A stretch of DNA of 64,000 nucleotides from Podarcis liolepis. Its lineage: Eukaryota. The notes beneath the pieces were generated by a model that saw only the letters and a program-made list of their open reading frames with translations, searched no databases and was not told the DNA's origin. The position numbers and the translations under genes are program-made. This document shows, in pieces, positions 48,853 to 62,532 of the stretch (its first letter is position 1; every line of letters begins with the position of its first letter). The stretch lies in NCBI GenBank assembly GCA_965112155.1, contig OZ218099.1; one strand, 5' to 3'.

Positions 48853-50408
48853 TAGTTACTAGTTAAGTTCCTAAAGAAAGGTGCAGATAATATTTATATA
48901 ATTGTACAGTCTTATCTAGCAAAGCTTAATTGTTGTGGTTGGGACGGATCTTGTCCTTGCTATATAGTTTGCAGAGAAATAAATCTCAAAGAGGCATTGA
49001 TCTTTGTGCATCCACCTTCATATTTATTCTTAGCTCAACAAAAACAAAACTAGGGCCCGGAGTGATCACATCTTATTTTTTCTTTTTCACATTAATTCAT
49101 TCAAATAATTACTCCCTCCTAGTTCTGTACTCAATTGCTAATTCCCACTCCACACAAGGGTGCTGTAAGGAGGGGTGCTACTGACTCTTAACTATTCATT
49201 AACCACTCTGGTGGTAGAGTATAAAAGGACAGTTACGGCATTAATCTACATTAATTAATTTTGGGTGTGCACTCCTAATAATTTGTCTAAGGGACATACA
49301 CCAGTTTTGAGGCAAAGAAGGCAATGGCTCCGATTCTCACACTGAATTGGCTTTGGTGTGCAGTATTCATATTGTCTGCTTTGTGTTTCACAGAAGTATT
49401 AAAATGCCTGTAAATCATGGCAGCAGCTGCTAGAAAATAAACATCCTGTTTTGGTCAGGTATCGCCAAATGGAAATCTAGTTGCCTACATTAACTCAAAC
49501 ACTTGTGTAGATAGAATCCAAGAAATATTCAGCCTGGAGCAAATTCTGGTAACTGCTGCAATCTTGCCACGCATTTAAGGATAGTATTGCTACTGTAACG
49601 GTTCATTCTTCCGTAAATTTCATTCTTGTTCATTAAAAAAAAAGGAGGAAAGTGAAGGCCTGGGAATTAAATGCAGGCGTCTCTGTACAGCCCTTGGGAC
49701 TCTTTGCAATCTGCACCCTATTTTCCAATGCGACACCCATCAGTGGCCTTGATGCATACCCTCTTCAACTGTTCTTGCCTGGCAGGAAGTTATTCTTGAA
49801 CTGACTATGCACCCTTACTTGTCTGAATAGATGGGGGTGTAGAAACCTCTGACTTTTGCATGGCTGGAATGTAGTCTACTGTACAAAGGGAAGAGCTGTG
49901 TCCCTTGCTGTACCTATCTTATTTGCCCCTGGCTCTGTCCATAAATAGTGTGCTGCCTCGAGAAGGCTGCTCAGGAGGGATTGTGGCCCTTGGGCTGCGA
50001 AAGCTTCTCCACTCTGCTGATTTAAAGAGTCTTTGTCCCACTCCCCAGCCAAAAATAGCTCCCAGAGCAGTTTATGAATATCAATATTAAGACAGTCCCA
50101 GGGCTGATGCTTACAATCTGAAAGAATGTAAAAGGAAAATTGGGAGAGAGAAGGAAAAAAGCAAACTCATGCACTAGTTCTTTAGTTACACAGTTCTTAT
50201 AACAACCAGCTGGAACAGAAAACAGTACAAGGAGATGATGAGCCAAAAATTACTTATCTCTCAGCTGGGCCAATTTAATGGCTCTGCTTCCAACCTCTTC
50301 CTCTGTCTACTGTGTTCCATCTTTGGACAGAATTGCTTTTGTCAGGTGGCAGTTGATGGAGGGAAGAACCTAATAGCTGCTTCTAATCCAGTGGTTAGGA
50401 TTATTATT

Positions 50409-50509
50409 GGCCTACAACTCCCATGATCCCTAGCTAGCAGAACCAGTGGTCCAGGATGATGGGAATTGTAGTCTCAAAACAGCTGGAGGGCCAACTTTGA
50501 GGAAGCCTG
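50409..50509. mobile_element. Partial hAT-like MITE, same family as 37356-37491
   Basis: ggcctacaactcccatgatccctagcta...gatgatgggaattgtagtc. Confidence 0.8.
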
Positions 50510-50694
50510 TGCTAACATTTGTTATTTCTGCTGTAACTGCTGCTTCTAAATCAGTGGAGGCAATTTTACTGTTTCTCCATTACAGGACATAGATGAATGA
50601 ATATACAAGCATCTTTTTCTATCCCTTTATTATACTGAACCAAAGACCCATTGGTGGCAGTTGTTTTCTTTAATTGAGAACGAAATGGGAGGTA

Positions 50695-51134
50695 TTCAGC
50701 TAAGTTTTACTCAGAGTAGGGCAATAGTAAAAAGGTAAAGGGACCCCTGACCATTAGGTCCAGTCTCTGGGTTGCGGTGCTCATCTCGCTTTATTGGCCG
50801 AGGGAGCTGGCGTACAGCTTCCGGGTCATGTGGCCAGCATGACTAAGCCGCTTCTGGCAAACCAGAGCAGCTCATGAAAACGCCGTTTACCTTCCCGCCT
50901 ATTTATCTACTTGCATTTTGACATGCTTTCAACTGCTAGGTTGGCAGGAGCAGGGACCGAGCAATGGGAGCTTACCCCGTTGGGGGGATTCGAACCGCCA
51001 ACCTTCTGATCAGCAAGTCCTAGGCTCTGTGGTTTAACCCACAGCGCCACCCGCGTCCCAATAGTCATGTTCATTAATTTCAAAGTTAGGTCCATTAATT
51101 TCAGTGGATCTACTCTGAGTAAAATTTAGTTGAA
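50695..51134. mobile_element. Small inverted-repeat element interrupted by a SINE
   Basis: TTCAGCTAAGTTTTACTCAGAGTAG / CTACTCTGAGTAAAATTTAGTTGAA (23/25 inverted). Confidence 0.7.
50729..51059 (-). mobile_element. Sauria SINE
   Basis: Reverse complement of the 34126 element; TSD AATAGT. Confidence 0.92.
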
Positions 51135-52447
51135 ACAGAACAGCTGCAGTCCAGGTTAACTATTGGAAATAAAAGATAAATGTAAATATGCACAGAAAAC
51201 ATGACTAGTTGATTTAAAGGATGGTTTGATATCTTATTATAGGTCCATCTACACTTTGCCCATGCCCCCCATTTCAGTGCTTTAAATAAAAATACTTTTT
51301 GGAATACGTTGCTTATCAGTCATATCTACTGTCCTATAATAATAGTATAGTCATAACTCCTGTTCCCCACCTCCTTTACTTACCTAGCCACCTTCTGTAC
51401 CCTTCAAGGGTAACTGTCCCTCCGTATTTATTCTCCCTGCCTTGTGCCCCACTCCTGCATCGGGAGAAGGGTTTTATTAGAGAGGACACTATCTTTTCGA
51501 GGGTATGCATTTCCCCTTCTTCAGCAAAGGGGTGGGTGGGGGTGAAATCATTCTAATCAAACTGTGTTTAAAACACTACCTAATTTATTTTTCCTCTCTA
51601 AGCTGGGGGCTGCTCGTGACTAATTTGAGCTGAATAGGCAGATAGAAAAAGCATCAGGCATACAATGAGCGGCAGAAAGTGTGGGAAAACTAGCGAAAGA
51701 AAGGGATGGCCGAGCCTTGCAGCGTGAGAGCTAAGGAAGGCCGTGTAGCACCCAAATTCAGCATGAAGTCACTTTTCAACAGTAGACGCTTGGGCTCTAA
51801 ATGCAAGTAGGACTATAGGTCAGGGAGGGGGGAAATGGAAATTTGTGTTAAGTTTGCACAATGTAAACGGGAGAAGGGATCTTGTGTGTGCCTGCGTGCG
51901 TGCATCCCTTCACAAAGAAATACAAACACATGTTCTTCCCAATTGCAATGTCCTCTTCTCCCCAGTGGCCTCTTGCCCCTGAGCCCTCTGTGGGTGGGTT
52001 TGAAAATCTTTCTCCTGTTTAAATTCAGGAAAATAAGAAAACAAAGGGAGAGGGGGAGCCTGGAAGTGTGTGCCAGTGAGGAGTTAATAAAGAGAAATGT
52101 GTCGTCCTCCCTGCCCCCAGTCCCGCTGCTCTTTTAAATATTTATAGAGACACAGCGAAATTTTATTTCTAGAGGTGGGGAAATCAAGTGACCTCTCACC
52201 TGAAGCTCTGACCTCTTGAAACTCAGATTATTTCCCCTCTGCCAGGGGAGGAGTTAGAGAGGATTGGTCAGTTTCATGCCAGCTGTGAGATGAACTGTTT
52301 CCTTGTGCTCAGAGTTGTCATTTCTCTTTAATGTCAGCCACTTTCCACATTGCCTCTACTTATCCCAAGAAACAGAATGGTTGCTTTAGTTTAAAATGGT
52401 CTGGTTATTTCCACATCAAATTTCTCCTGGAATAGGCACTAGTCTTG

Positions 52448-53030
52448 TTAATTACACCATGCTCGCATCTCTACCGATGCATTTAACAAATTGGGGTAAA
52501 TACTATAAGTACTCTCTATAGAAGCAATGTCGTTTGGTTTTACTACACCTGGTACCATATCATTTAAGGTGTCCAGAAGATGCATTATGTGATCTATCCG
52601 TGATAGAAAGGCCTTTGGTTTTGGGTAGCTGACACATACAAGTTTTCGGGGTATCAATATCAAATTCTTTCCTTTTCCCTGGACCAAGGTTTGCCAGGCA
52701 ACTGAGTTACCCTGTAATATGTCACAATCAATGTTATGGATCATATCTTCTCTAATATCTATACTTCCAGATGTTTTCCTTCCAGGGTTCAGGGGTGCTC
52801 CTTCTATTGCTTCATTTGTTTTGATACCCCGCTCCTGGATTTATTCCTCAGATAGTAACTGGATCTCTGTTGTGTTTGGTCCCTGCTTCGGGATTTCTTC
52901 CTCAGATATTAACTGGATCTCTGTTGTGTTTGGTCCCACTTTGCTTTCCTCTTTGTTTGTGGGGCAAGTTTGTTTGGGCCGGTTGTGGATGTTGTTGGAA
53001 TCAATTTATACAGTTTCTGCCACTGTTTTT
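52448..53030 (-). pseudogene. Decayed coding remnant of unassigned origin (probably retroelement ORF1-like)
   Basis: ~185-codon frame with one internal TAA inside a 54-bp in-frame tandem duplication. Confidence 0.4.
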
Positions 53031-53606
53031 TTCTAACACAATGGTGGGGTCAATAGTGTTTTTGTATTATCACTCATTAACAAGGTGATAAGGGGATGTC
53101 ATCCACAAATGTACGTTAGCTTTGGGAATGAATATTAGACAACGGAGGAAAATATCCAGCGCTCTGCAAGAATTAAGGCAGAGTTCATAAGTGTGCTGGA
53201 TATGACCATATATGTTACTTTTGAGAGTTGGAAGGGGTCCTGTGGGCCAACTAGTCCAACCCCATGCATTGCAGGGATCTCAAGTAGATCATGAAAGTGA
53301 TACAAGTCTCACCCTGAAGTCAACAAAACACTGGTTAGTACACATAATCATGCCTACCATGAGACCACAATGAGGGCCATTTTGCAGCTGTGTTTGCATT
53401 CCTTAGCAGCTGCCCAGCAGAGCTACGGTACTTCAAATTATCAAGAGATGACTGGTTCCCATTGCGGTGGAGGGACCTCTGGAACATTTGAAGACCCCCT
53501 GTGCCAGCTGACTGCACATTTTGAGGATAACGTCCCTCGACTTCAGAGTGACTTTGACTCTGCCATTGTTGCAGTTTCAACCAGGTCCTAAGCTGAATCC
53601 CTGGTC

Positions 53607-53945
53607 TCTCCACCTCCATCGTTCTGCCCGGACACTGAGGTCCAGCGCCGAGGGCCTTCTGGCAGTCCCCTCGCTGCGAGAATCCAAGTTGCAGGGAACC
53701 AGGCAGAGGGCTTTCTCAGTAGTGGCACCCGCCCTGTGGAACACTCTCCCACCAGATGTCAAAGAGAAAAATAACTACCAAACTTTTAGAAGACATCTGA
53801 AGGCAGCCCTGTTTAGGGAAGCTTTTAATATTTAATAGGTTATTGTATTTTAGTGTTTTGTTGGAAGCCGCCCAGAGTGGCTGGGGAAACCCAGCCAGAT
53901 GGGCGGGGTATAAATAATATTATTATTATCATCATCATCATCATC
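53607..53945 (+). mobile_element. L2-clade LINE 3' fragment
   Basis: [72 protein letters not shown]; (ATT)n(ATC)n tail. Confidence 0.88.
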
Positions 53946-56900
53946 TCCAGTTTTAAAAAGGATCAGCTGGCAGATCCTAAATTGTGGGCCACAAATTCAG
54001 GTGCTTCTGTGCTGCTGTTTGAAGGCATTTATTAAATTTATATACCGCCCTTCCTAAGGAGTCCAGGACATACCTCGAATGGGAAGCAGATGGCTTCAGA
54101 GACCCCCCCCTTTTCTGTGCGTGCTTCCTGGCCACATTATCTCCCATGAGCAAGTCAGGTGGAAGCCAGTCATGCTTTCTTGCTCCGTGTTTTAATTACT
54201 GTGGGCATTTGTATGAGGGCAGACTTGTTATGCGGCAGCAAAGTGGAAGGCTAGAAAGCCTATATTATGTCATAGCTGGCACAAGTTTTGGCCCTGGTTT
54301 GTGGGTGGCCGTCAGCACGAGGCATAGCCATCACTATCACTGTTCTCATTTGTCCAGTCTTTCCTCAGATTGTGCTCCTATCTATCCCCCATATCCATAC
54401 AGACACTCTCTCCCTTTAAATTAGGTCAGCTAGTCACCAAGCAGAAGCAGGTGATACAGACATGACCAGAACAATAGCAATTGCTCATTAAACTTTCAAC
54501 ATCTCCCTTCACAACAAACATGCACACCCAAGCAGAAACTTTTCGGTCCTGATAGTCTTGCTATCACCACATTAGATGCTTTCTTCCAAGTGAGGAGCAT
54601 AAAATTAGTTCCAGAGGCATGATTGTATAAGTTCAGGTCCTATCTGGAAAGCCACTCTTGGCTATATTACTTTCTTCTGAGGAAGGTGTTGCATTGTGGA
54701 AAGCATGATGGGAAGAAAGCACCTAGTGTTGACGATTTGTACTGGGAGTAGCAGGATTGGTGCTTAAAGTTATAGGCAGATGCAATCCATCCATTTGGAT
54801 GGAGCAGAATATATGCATCTAAATAATGTGTATAAAACATCTCGGAATTAAGAAGTAAATTTTCCTGGCCAAACTGTCAGAGCAGCCTCACCTCCAATGT
54901 GTTCCCCAGTGTGCTTAAACCCATATGCAACCCCTAAAATTGGCAATGGGTCCAAGCACGGCAGAAGTTGGTTCTTGGGAATATTTCAGGGGGAAATGGC
55001 ACTGGCTTGATATATAGAGAGCATCAAGTTTCAGTCAGTAGGTTTTTGCAAACCTTTCATTTATTTGCTACTAAACTAAGACATCTTGTCATGAGACTTA
55101 ACCTATATGTTTTCAATCTGAGCTAAAAGTTGCGGTGTTGCTGTTGGCACTCTTATATTCCTGAGTAGTGTGTATTTGTTTTTTGAGTCAAGTATTTTCG
55201 GATTTACTTCCAACATTCACCTTCATCAAGAAGCCTGCTCCTCCAAGTTCTGCCCATCATTTTAGAGGAGTCTTTTTTGTGCATTTGATTTTAGCTGCAG
55301 TGTTTCCATGATACTAGAGGGGGGAAATTAAATCCCCCCTCTTTTCTCTTGCTGAAGGTTGTGAATGCTGTCTTGCAGTTTCCCCCTATCTTTCTTATGT
55401 GAGAGTCTCTGGATACTTGTCTTCATTTCCCCAAGACTCCCAAGATTTGTGCAGTGTCATAAAACCATGAGTTTTAATTTTCTAGCTGCTAAACTCTAGT
55501 TTCATTCTGCCTCTTCTCAGATTTAATTTTTGCTTCTGTAGCTTTCTTGCAGACCAGATAACGTTTTTATAGCATCTCTTCCAACCTTGCTTGCTGAGAT
55601 ACCACATCCTATTTTATCTAAGTTGCCTCCTCTTGCTCTAAATGATCAAGGATCTTGTCAAAGCATTTCTGCAGGGCTGCAAAGTTTTCCCCTAAAATAC
55701 CTTTTGAGTTATGGGACCTAATTTCTCCACCAGTCCAACACTGCAAATGCACATGATCAGTCTATTATTCAGTTGATTGTGAGTATCTCAGTTATTTTAA
55801 GAGGTTGTTCTCTCTCTCTTCAACTGTGGCTTATCTTTGTGTTATCCAATCTTTCCCAATTTCATTTTTCTGAGCCATATTAGAAATGTACCTTTCCACA
55901 GCATTATTACGCCTTTTATACCTCTGTGGTTTGCTTAGTGGGTCCCGTCCCCCCATTTTAGTGTTGAAAGTATCATCATTAAATAATAGAAAGCACAAGT
56001 AGACCCTCAGATGTCTCTGTCACCCAGTTTAACATTCTTGTTCAGCTTTCCACATTTTTCTCAGTATAGCTCACTTCTCCGCATTTTCAGTAAGCTGGGT
56101 TCCATCTAATCTATCAGTGGGTTAGTGGCATCCTTTGCCTGGTGCTCCTGATTCAGTTTCAGATAAATGCCTTTTCTTTCATTCAGCTGAGGTTGCGGTA
56201 TTTCCTAACTAATTTTAAACTTTTAATATTTATATTCCACCTTTCCTTTAAGGTGTTTTGTGGTGGCATACATGGTTTTTCCTCCTCCTCTCCATTTTAT
56301 TCTCACAACAACCCAGAATAATATACCATGAAAACTTAAGTAAACATCAACCAGCAAGGAATATCATTCCCAGCAGGCCCTGACCTTGCTTTCCTATCCT
56401 GCTTAACTGATCTGAGCTTTGGACATCCATATCCTGTTCATGTCCCTACTTGTAAAGGCCCCAGAGAATATTGAGGCTAGTCAAACAGAAACAGCCATTT
56501 TCAGAATTATTTATTAAATTTATATTCTGCTCTTCTTCCCAAAAGAGCCCAGAATGGACTTGAATAGTTTCTCTTTCAAGCCTTATACGGTTGGTATGTT
56601 CATTGTTACCCACAAACATTAATTTACTATTAATATACAGTACAATTAATAAGAGGAAGTGAAATACAAAACTATGAAATACTGTGACAGGTTAATGTAT
56701 AAAATATTGGCCTTGTTTATTGATCCTGCTTTCCTTGGTTACATGCCACCCATGACCAGGGTTGTTCTTCAATAATAATAATAATAAAGGAAGTCCTTCT
56801 TGTCTCTTTGGTTTGTCCACAGCTATACCAGCTGAACACATGTGTCCCCCCTCCTTTTCTCTTTCTTTCTTTGTCATCCCTCTGCCTCTCCCTCTTCTCC

Positions 56901-58011
56901 ACAGATCTTCTCATTCTCCTTTTTTTCAATCAGTTCCAATGGAATCTGCAGGGTCCATGTGTGCCGCTCACCCTTAACAATACATAACAATACATTCCAA
57001 TAGGGTGTTCCCATTTTATCAGCCCTTCAAGCTGCTGAATTCTTAGGAAATGCAGAGCTTTAGCCAGTTGTTTCCTACCCACAGTAAAGAAATCACTGGC
57101 AAGTAAGCTGCACAAACTGAAAATACAAGTGCGGTTGACAGAGATTCACATTAAAAATATGTGAGATCTTAAATAAAAGGTTTTCATTATTGAGTTAGAA
57201 AGAAAAGCACACAACTAATGGAATAGAGACAAAATTTAGGATAGAGATGAAACATTGGAGAGTTAGTTTTAAAATATTTTTGTTAAGATTGGTGAACCTT
57301 TAGGAGTGGACTTGTACAACATCTAACATACATTAATAAATGAGGAAACTGCAGAAAAAGCACAAAAAGGTGCCTCTAAGGGAGCATGGACTAGGAAGCC
57401 GCCAAGAGTCCATATGTTAGTGGTTCACGAAAACTTAAACATTGCCTTACTTGATCAGATGAAAGACCTGTATATTCAGCATTCTGACTCCAATAGCAGT
57501 CAGGCAGTTGCCTTAGGAAGATTCATAAGCAGGGCATGGTGGTGATAGCATATATTGTTGCTTGTCCCAGCATCTGGTAATTAGAAGATGCTATCTCTGA
57601 ACACATGGGTAATAAATCATAGATAAATCTGTCCTCTGTGAATTTGCACTTATCCTCTACAAACATATTTGAACCAAACAATTACTTACAGGAGCTAGTA
57701 CTGTGTTGTGTACTGGATTATTATTTATATGTTGCAGCTGGAAGGAACATTTATAAAATTCACATGGAGATTGTCTTGGAAATTCCTTCCTCTGAGGACT
57801 AGTTTTAGCAGTGTTATTTAATGTCTGTGGAATATCTTTTGGAAAGGCTCTGTAGATTGTATACATTGGTTTGGATATAATCTGCATGTGTGTTCTAAAG
57901 TGTCCTGGAAATTCTGTGGATGCAAAATATCACATGAAGAAGGCTCTCCAGAATATCTGATTGAGGAAGAGCAAGCATTTTGAACTAAGTTGTTTGAGGA
58001 AACCTAAGAGT

Positions 58012-58349
58012 GGGATGCGGGTGGTGCTGTGGTCTAAACCACTGAGCCTAGGGCTTGCCGATCGGAAGGTCAGCGGTTCAAATCCCCGCGACAGGGTGAG
58101 GTCCTGTTTCTCGGTCCCTGCTCTGCCAACCTAACAGTTTGAAAACGTGTGCAAGTAGATAAATAGGTATCGCTCCAGCAGGAAGGTAAACTGCGTTTCC
58201 GTGTGCTGCTCTGTTTCGCCAGAAGTGGCTTAGTCATGCTGGCCACATGACCTGTACGCCGGCTCCCTCGGCCAATAAAACGAGATGAGCGCCGCAACCC
58301 CAGAGTCATCTGCGAGTGGACCCAATGGTCAGGGGTCCCTTTACCTTTT
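58012..58349 (+). mobile_element. Sauria SINE
   Basis: Head GGGATGCGGGTGGTGCTGTGG, ACCTTT tail, perfect 10-bp TSD ACCTAAGAGT. Confidence 0.93.
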
Positions 58350-61300
58350 ACCTAAGAGTCAGCTTAATGAAGTTGGCTGATTTGAGCTGCTTAGAGATTG
58401 GGACATATTTATTTGGTCATACACAGGTGCTTAATGAAATAAACCTGTGTTTTCAGAGCCTTCCTTATCTTGAACTGCCACAACTACTTCCCTCTATCCT
58501 GCTTTACCAAGCAACTTCAGTTCGCCAAGCCCTTTCACCCAGACAACACATGTAGCCAGCAAGCTAGAGTTGCTCTGATCGGTTTCATGTCCATATGTGT
58601 ATATATTCACACCACTTCCTCTGATTGGGGCAATGTAATTAGCTCTTACATTCTCAGCATACCTGTCACCTCCTAATGAGGGCTCCATAAAACAACATCC
58701 CATGATCCAGTTTCCTGCAGCACTTCTGGCCAGTTGTAAATCTCAGCTTTTACAATTTTGGGACAGCAAAACAGATGGAATAACTTTTTTGTTTGTGAGT
58801 CTGCCTTTCGGGACAGTATTTTATTTCCTTTGTATAATCTGCATTCTTTACATAAAATAAATGAGTAAAGATAAATAATAAAAGTAAAATTATCAGTGCT
58901 TTACTAGATCCTGCACAGCACTCAGACATGCACAGTTCTGTCCAGGACCTTGCCTTCATGGTTACAGGGATAAAGGTAAAATGCTGAAGGAGAGAAGAAG
59001 GGTGTGGATTATTGCACCAAATAGGATACATCCTTCCTCTATGTATGTCATTGTGAAGAATCACGTAGCGTTAGGGCTAAGGCAGTGATTATTAGATGTG
59101 TATATTTCCTGATCCAAGGACATAAACCCACCACACTTGCCAAACATGTTTTGTTTGACTTGGATTGGGATCTTTCTGATTTGGACAGAACAGTCAGAAG
59201 AGTGCAGTTCTATTCAGTCCTGTGTTTAGCAAAGTGTTGGGGTTAGGCAAAGGTTCATTTGCCTAGTAAGAATCATTCAAATGTCACATTGAAAGGTATT
59301 TGAAAGGCATTGGGGGGGGCGGAGTTCTTTTTGTCCTGGTGCCTTCCTTTAGGGTTACACAGGCTGGATCAAAATGAATGGGAAGGATAAGTTAACACTG
59401 GCGTGATCGGTAGTGACTTTAACTGTGAAGCATTAAGGGTTATTTGGGAGAGCTGTTTTTCCCTGTTTGTTTATTTTTATACTGCCCCCCCCCCCCATTT
59501 TTGACAATGTTGTCTGGTTCTTTATGAAATGGCACCAGGTCAGCAACTGGAATGCCCATCTTCCATTTCAATCTGAACTTTTCAGTGTGTCAGTCTTTCT
59601 TGAGAACGCTACACTCTGCTTTCTTTTCTAGGAACAGCTACAAGCCTGTGTTTTATTCATAATGCTTGCTTTAGCTTGCACTGTGCTGTCCCTGTCTAGA
59701 ATGCAGGACTTGATTATTTTGGGGTCTGGTTGTGCATTCTCCATGTGAAAGTGATGGCTTATTAGTGATTGTACATTCTGTGGGAAGAAAGGAAGGGTGG
59801 ACTTGCTGACATTCTAACAATCTCCACAACTTGGATGAGAGAACTAAATGAATTGCTGCCGCTCTTTCCCAAGTTTCAGTGTTTGTCACAAAACATGAGA
59901 AAATGGTGCTAGATGAACGAGCGCTAACTAAATCTCATCAGTGGAGCAATTTACCATCAATAAATTTAGATGCTGTGGCGGTAGAAGCATTTCCAAAGGT
60001 GACTGCTTTAAATCACTTAGTGGTTGTATTAAACACCTTAAATCACTTATAATAGTGATCGTATTAAACAGCTGGTGCCAGCAAGGATAATCTGCATATA
60101 AATACAGGCTTTCCACAGCATCCTTTTTTGGATTGCATCTCTTGCACACAACCCACTACTTAGGGCTGCACATAACCTTGATTGCCACTCTTAAAGCTGA
60201 CAGCCTTGACAATCATCCATTTGTACAGGGGAATGGACTGAAGTCAGCTCCCCTTTTCTCTCCCAGCAGGTGATCAGCGCACTCTCAGAGTTTGACACCA
60301 CCATCTGTCCAGCAGGCCCATGCACGGCAATCCTTGTGCATGATAGCCTGTGTATAGCTCATTGCTCTGGACTAGAGTATGTGATTTAGAGCTGTAGAAC
60401 GGATGCAAAGTAGATCTAAAAAAATAATAGTCATGGGCTAAATGATATTAGAATATTATTTTAATAAGGCATTGACCCATTTTGATTTTTGCGACACATG
60501 CCAGATAAGCACTTAGGAATGATGGAAATGCTATTTAAGTTTTATACATATAGTGCTTAAATGGTAGGTTAGTATTAGGTTTTTTCCCCCTGTGACAGCC
60601 TTACCCAATGTGGTGTCCTCTGGATGTTTTGGCATACAGCTCTTTTGATTCCAGACTACTGGATAGTTGTTGTCCAAACCATCAGGAGAGTACATTAGGG
60701 AAGGATGACCTAGAGAATCAAAACTAATTCAGTTTCAGTTTAGGTTCCAATCCTCAGTGAGTTTTTCTTTTAGAGCTTATCAACAAAAATGAGAAACACT
60801 GATTTCCATCCTCCGTCCACCTTTAATGTGATCAGAGTTCCTTTCTCTCTCACAATGCAATCCTGTGCATGTTTACTTGGGAAACGTCCTGTTGTGTTTT
60901 TGTCATAAGTGTGTTCAGGATTGCAGCCTTAATCTGGGAACAAGGACTAGGAGGAAACAATTGCGAAAGGCTTCTTTGGAATATTTCTCAGTTATATAGT
61001 TTGATGATTCAGTGTTAGGGCATGTAAGAAAAAAATGAGAGGCATTAGGGAACATTTTTTGATCCTGTCCAAGAATTCGCTAGGGGCTAGGAATCATAAG
61101 GCTGTTTTTAAAAAATAAGGTTAGGTCCCCTGTGTTCTGACTGCAAGCGTGCTTTAGCATAATCAGATTGCTCCAGCGATATGAATGGTATGGTGCCCAG
61201 TAAGATGGTGTTGGAGAGTAAACAAGGGAAACTGAGAACTAAGACCTTTGGACTCTTTGTTTCTTGCTGTTACAAAAAAACTTAATGGGGAGAAACAAGT

Positions 61301-61696
61301 TGCCAGGAATATGGAATAATGGAATATGGAATAGCGAAGGTTTCAAAATAAGGTGTGTCTCCTTCTTCCAGCATCCTTGTAGCTACCGGCATAATATCTT
61401 CTTGTAACTGATTCAAGAATCATATCAACGCCAGCTCTCCAAGGGAAGTATAACGTATGGTTCTGGGAACCCGGATACATAGTTCCAGCCTTGCACATGT
61501 GTTCAAACTTTCTATTCTAATATTTTCCTTCTTAGGAATAGAACCAAAGATATCCCAAAGTATAATAACTCAGCCTCAAATTGTACATAATGGCTTTGCT
61601 GGACACTCAAATACAGGGATTTTTGAGCTATAAACTTTTTAAGATTTAAAACTCTGCCAGTGCATTAAAAGAAGAAAATGCTTTTTGCTATATATA

Positions 61697-61707
61697 TTTA
61701 TTGTACA
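61697..61707 (-). terminator. Candidate minus-strand poly(A) signal of a convergent neighbouring gene
   Basis: - strand reads ttttttttTGTACAATAAAtatatatagcaaaaagcattttcttctttt: UGUA plus AAUAAA, with U-rich sequence on both sides. Confidence 0.4.
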
Positions 61708-62279
61708 AAAAAAATCTAAAAAAGGACAAAGAGAAATTGGAACAGAAGCAATGGTTATGATATACTGGACAGACTAAAGCCAGTTACAGAACAAATTTAG
61801 TTTATACAACACAGAAGAGAAATATAGCCAAGGCAATCCTTATTTGTGTTTGCTTTCCTCTAATTTTCTTTTTCTAAGATGTATGTGAAATAACAGCTGT
61901 TACAAGATCCAGTTGTTCTGACCCCAGTTCCTCATAAATGAGTGCCATCTTAATTTAATTTTTGTGTTTTCAGTCAGTAACCCCTATGGGGCAGGAGAGA
62001 TTAGAAAATATGTGCAATGGTGGATTTTTGGCAAAGCGAACAGCTAGGAGCTTGTTCAACTGAGAGAGGAATACTGTTTTCGCGGTAAAAGGTCTGTGAC
62101 ATAATTCTTAACTAACTCTAAATTTGTTAAGTGAAACAGACCATAACTGTGTCAATTTGATAAATGGCAATGAAACCATGTAAAAAAACAGCATCAAAAA
62201 TAGGGTATGATATGGCATGATTTTTGAAGGCAGCAAAATGCCAGCAGAATTAGATTGGTTTCTTTTTTTCCAATAGTTA

Positions 62280-62532
62280 CAGTGGTACCTTGGTTTACGA
62301 ACTTAATCCGTTCCGGAAGCCCGTTCTTAAACCCAAAGCATTCTTAAACCAAGGCGTGCTTTCCCATAGCAGCGGGGGACTCAATTTACAAATGGAACAC
62401 ACTCAACAGGAAGCAAAACATGTTCTGCTTCCAAGGCAAAGTTCACAAACCAAAACACCTACTTCCGGGTTTGCAGCTTTCTTAATCCAAGTTGTTCATA
62501 AACTAAGCTGTTCTTAAACCAAGGTACCACTG
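62280..62532. mobile_element. Tc1/mariner (Tigger/pogo-like) MITE
   Basis: TIR CAGTGGTACCTTGGTTTA(C/A)GAAC (22/23); TA TSD. Confidence 0.92.

Noticed and set aside
55000-56150. Old LINE RT remnant (QKCFDKI on the - strand near 55.66 kb)
   Set aside because: A single weak motif; boundaries cannot be supported.
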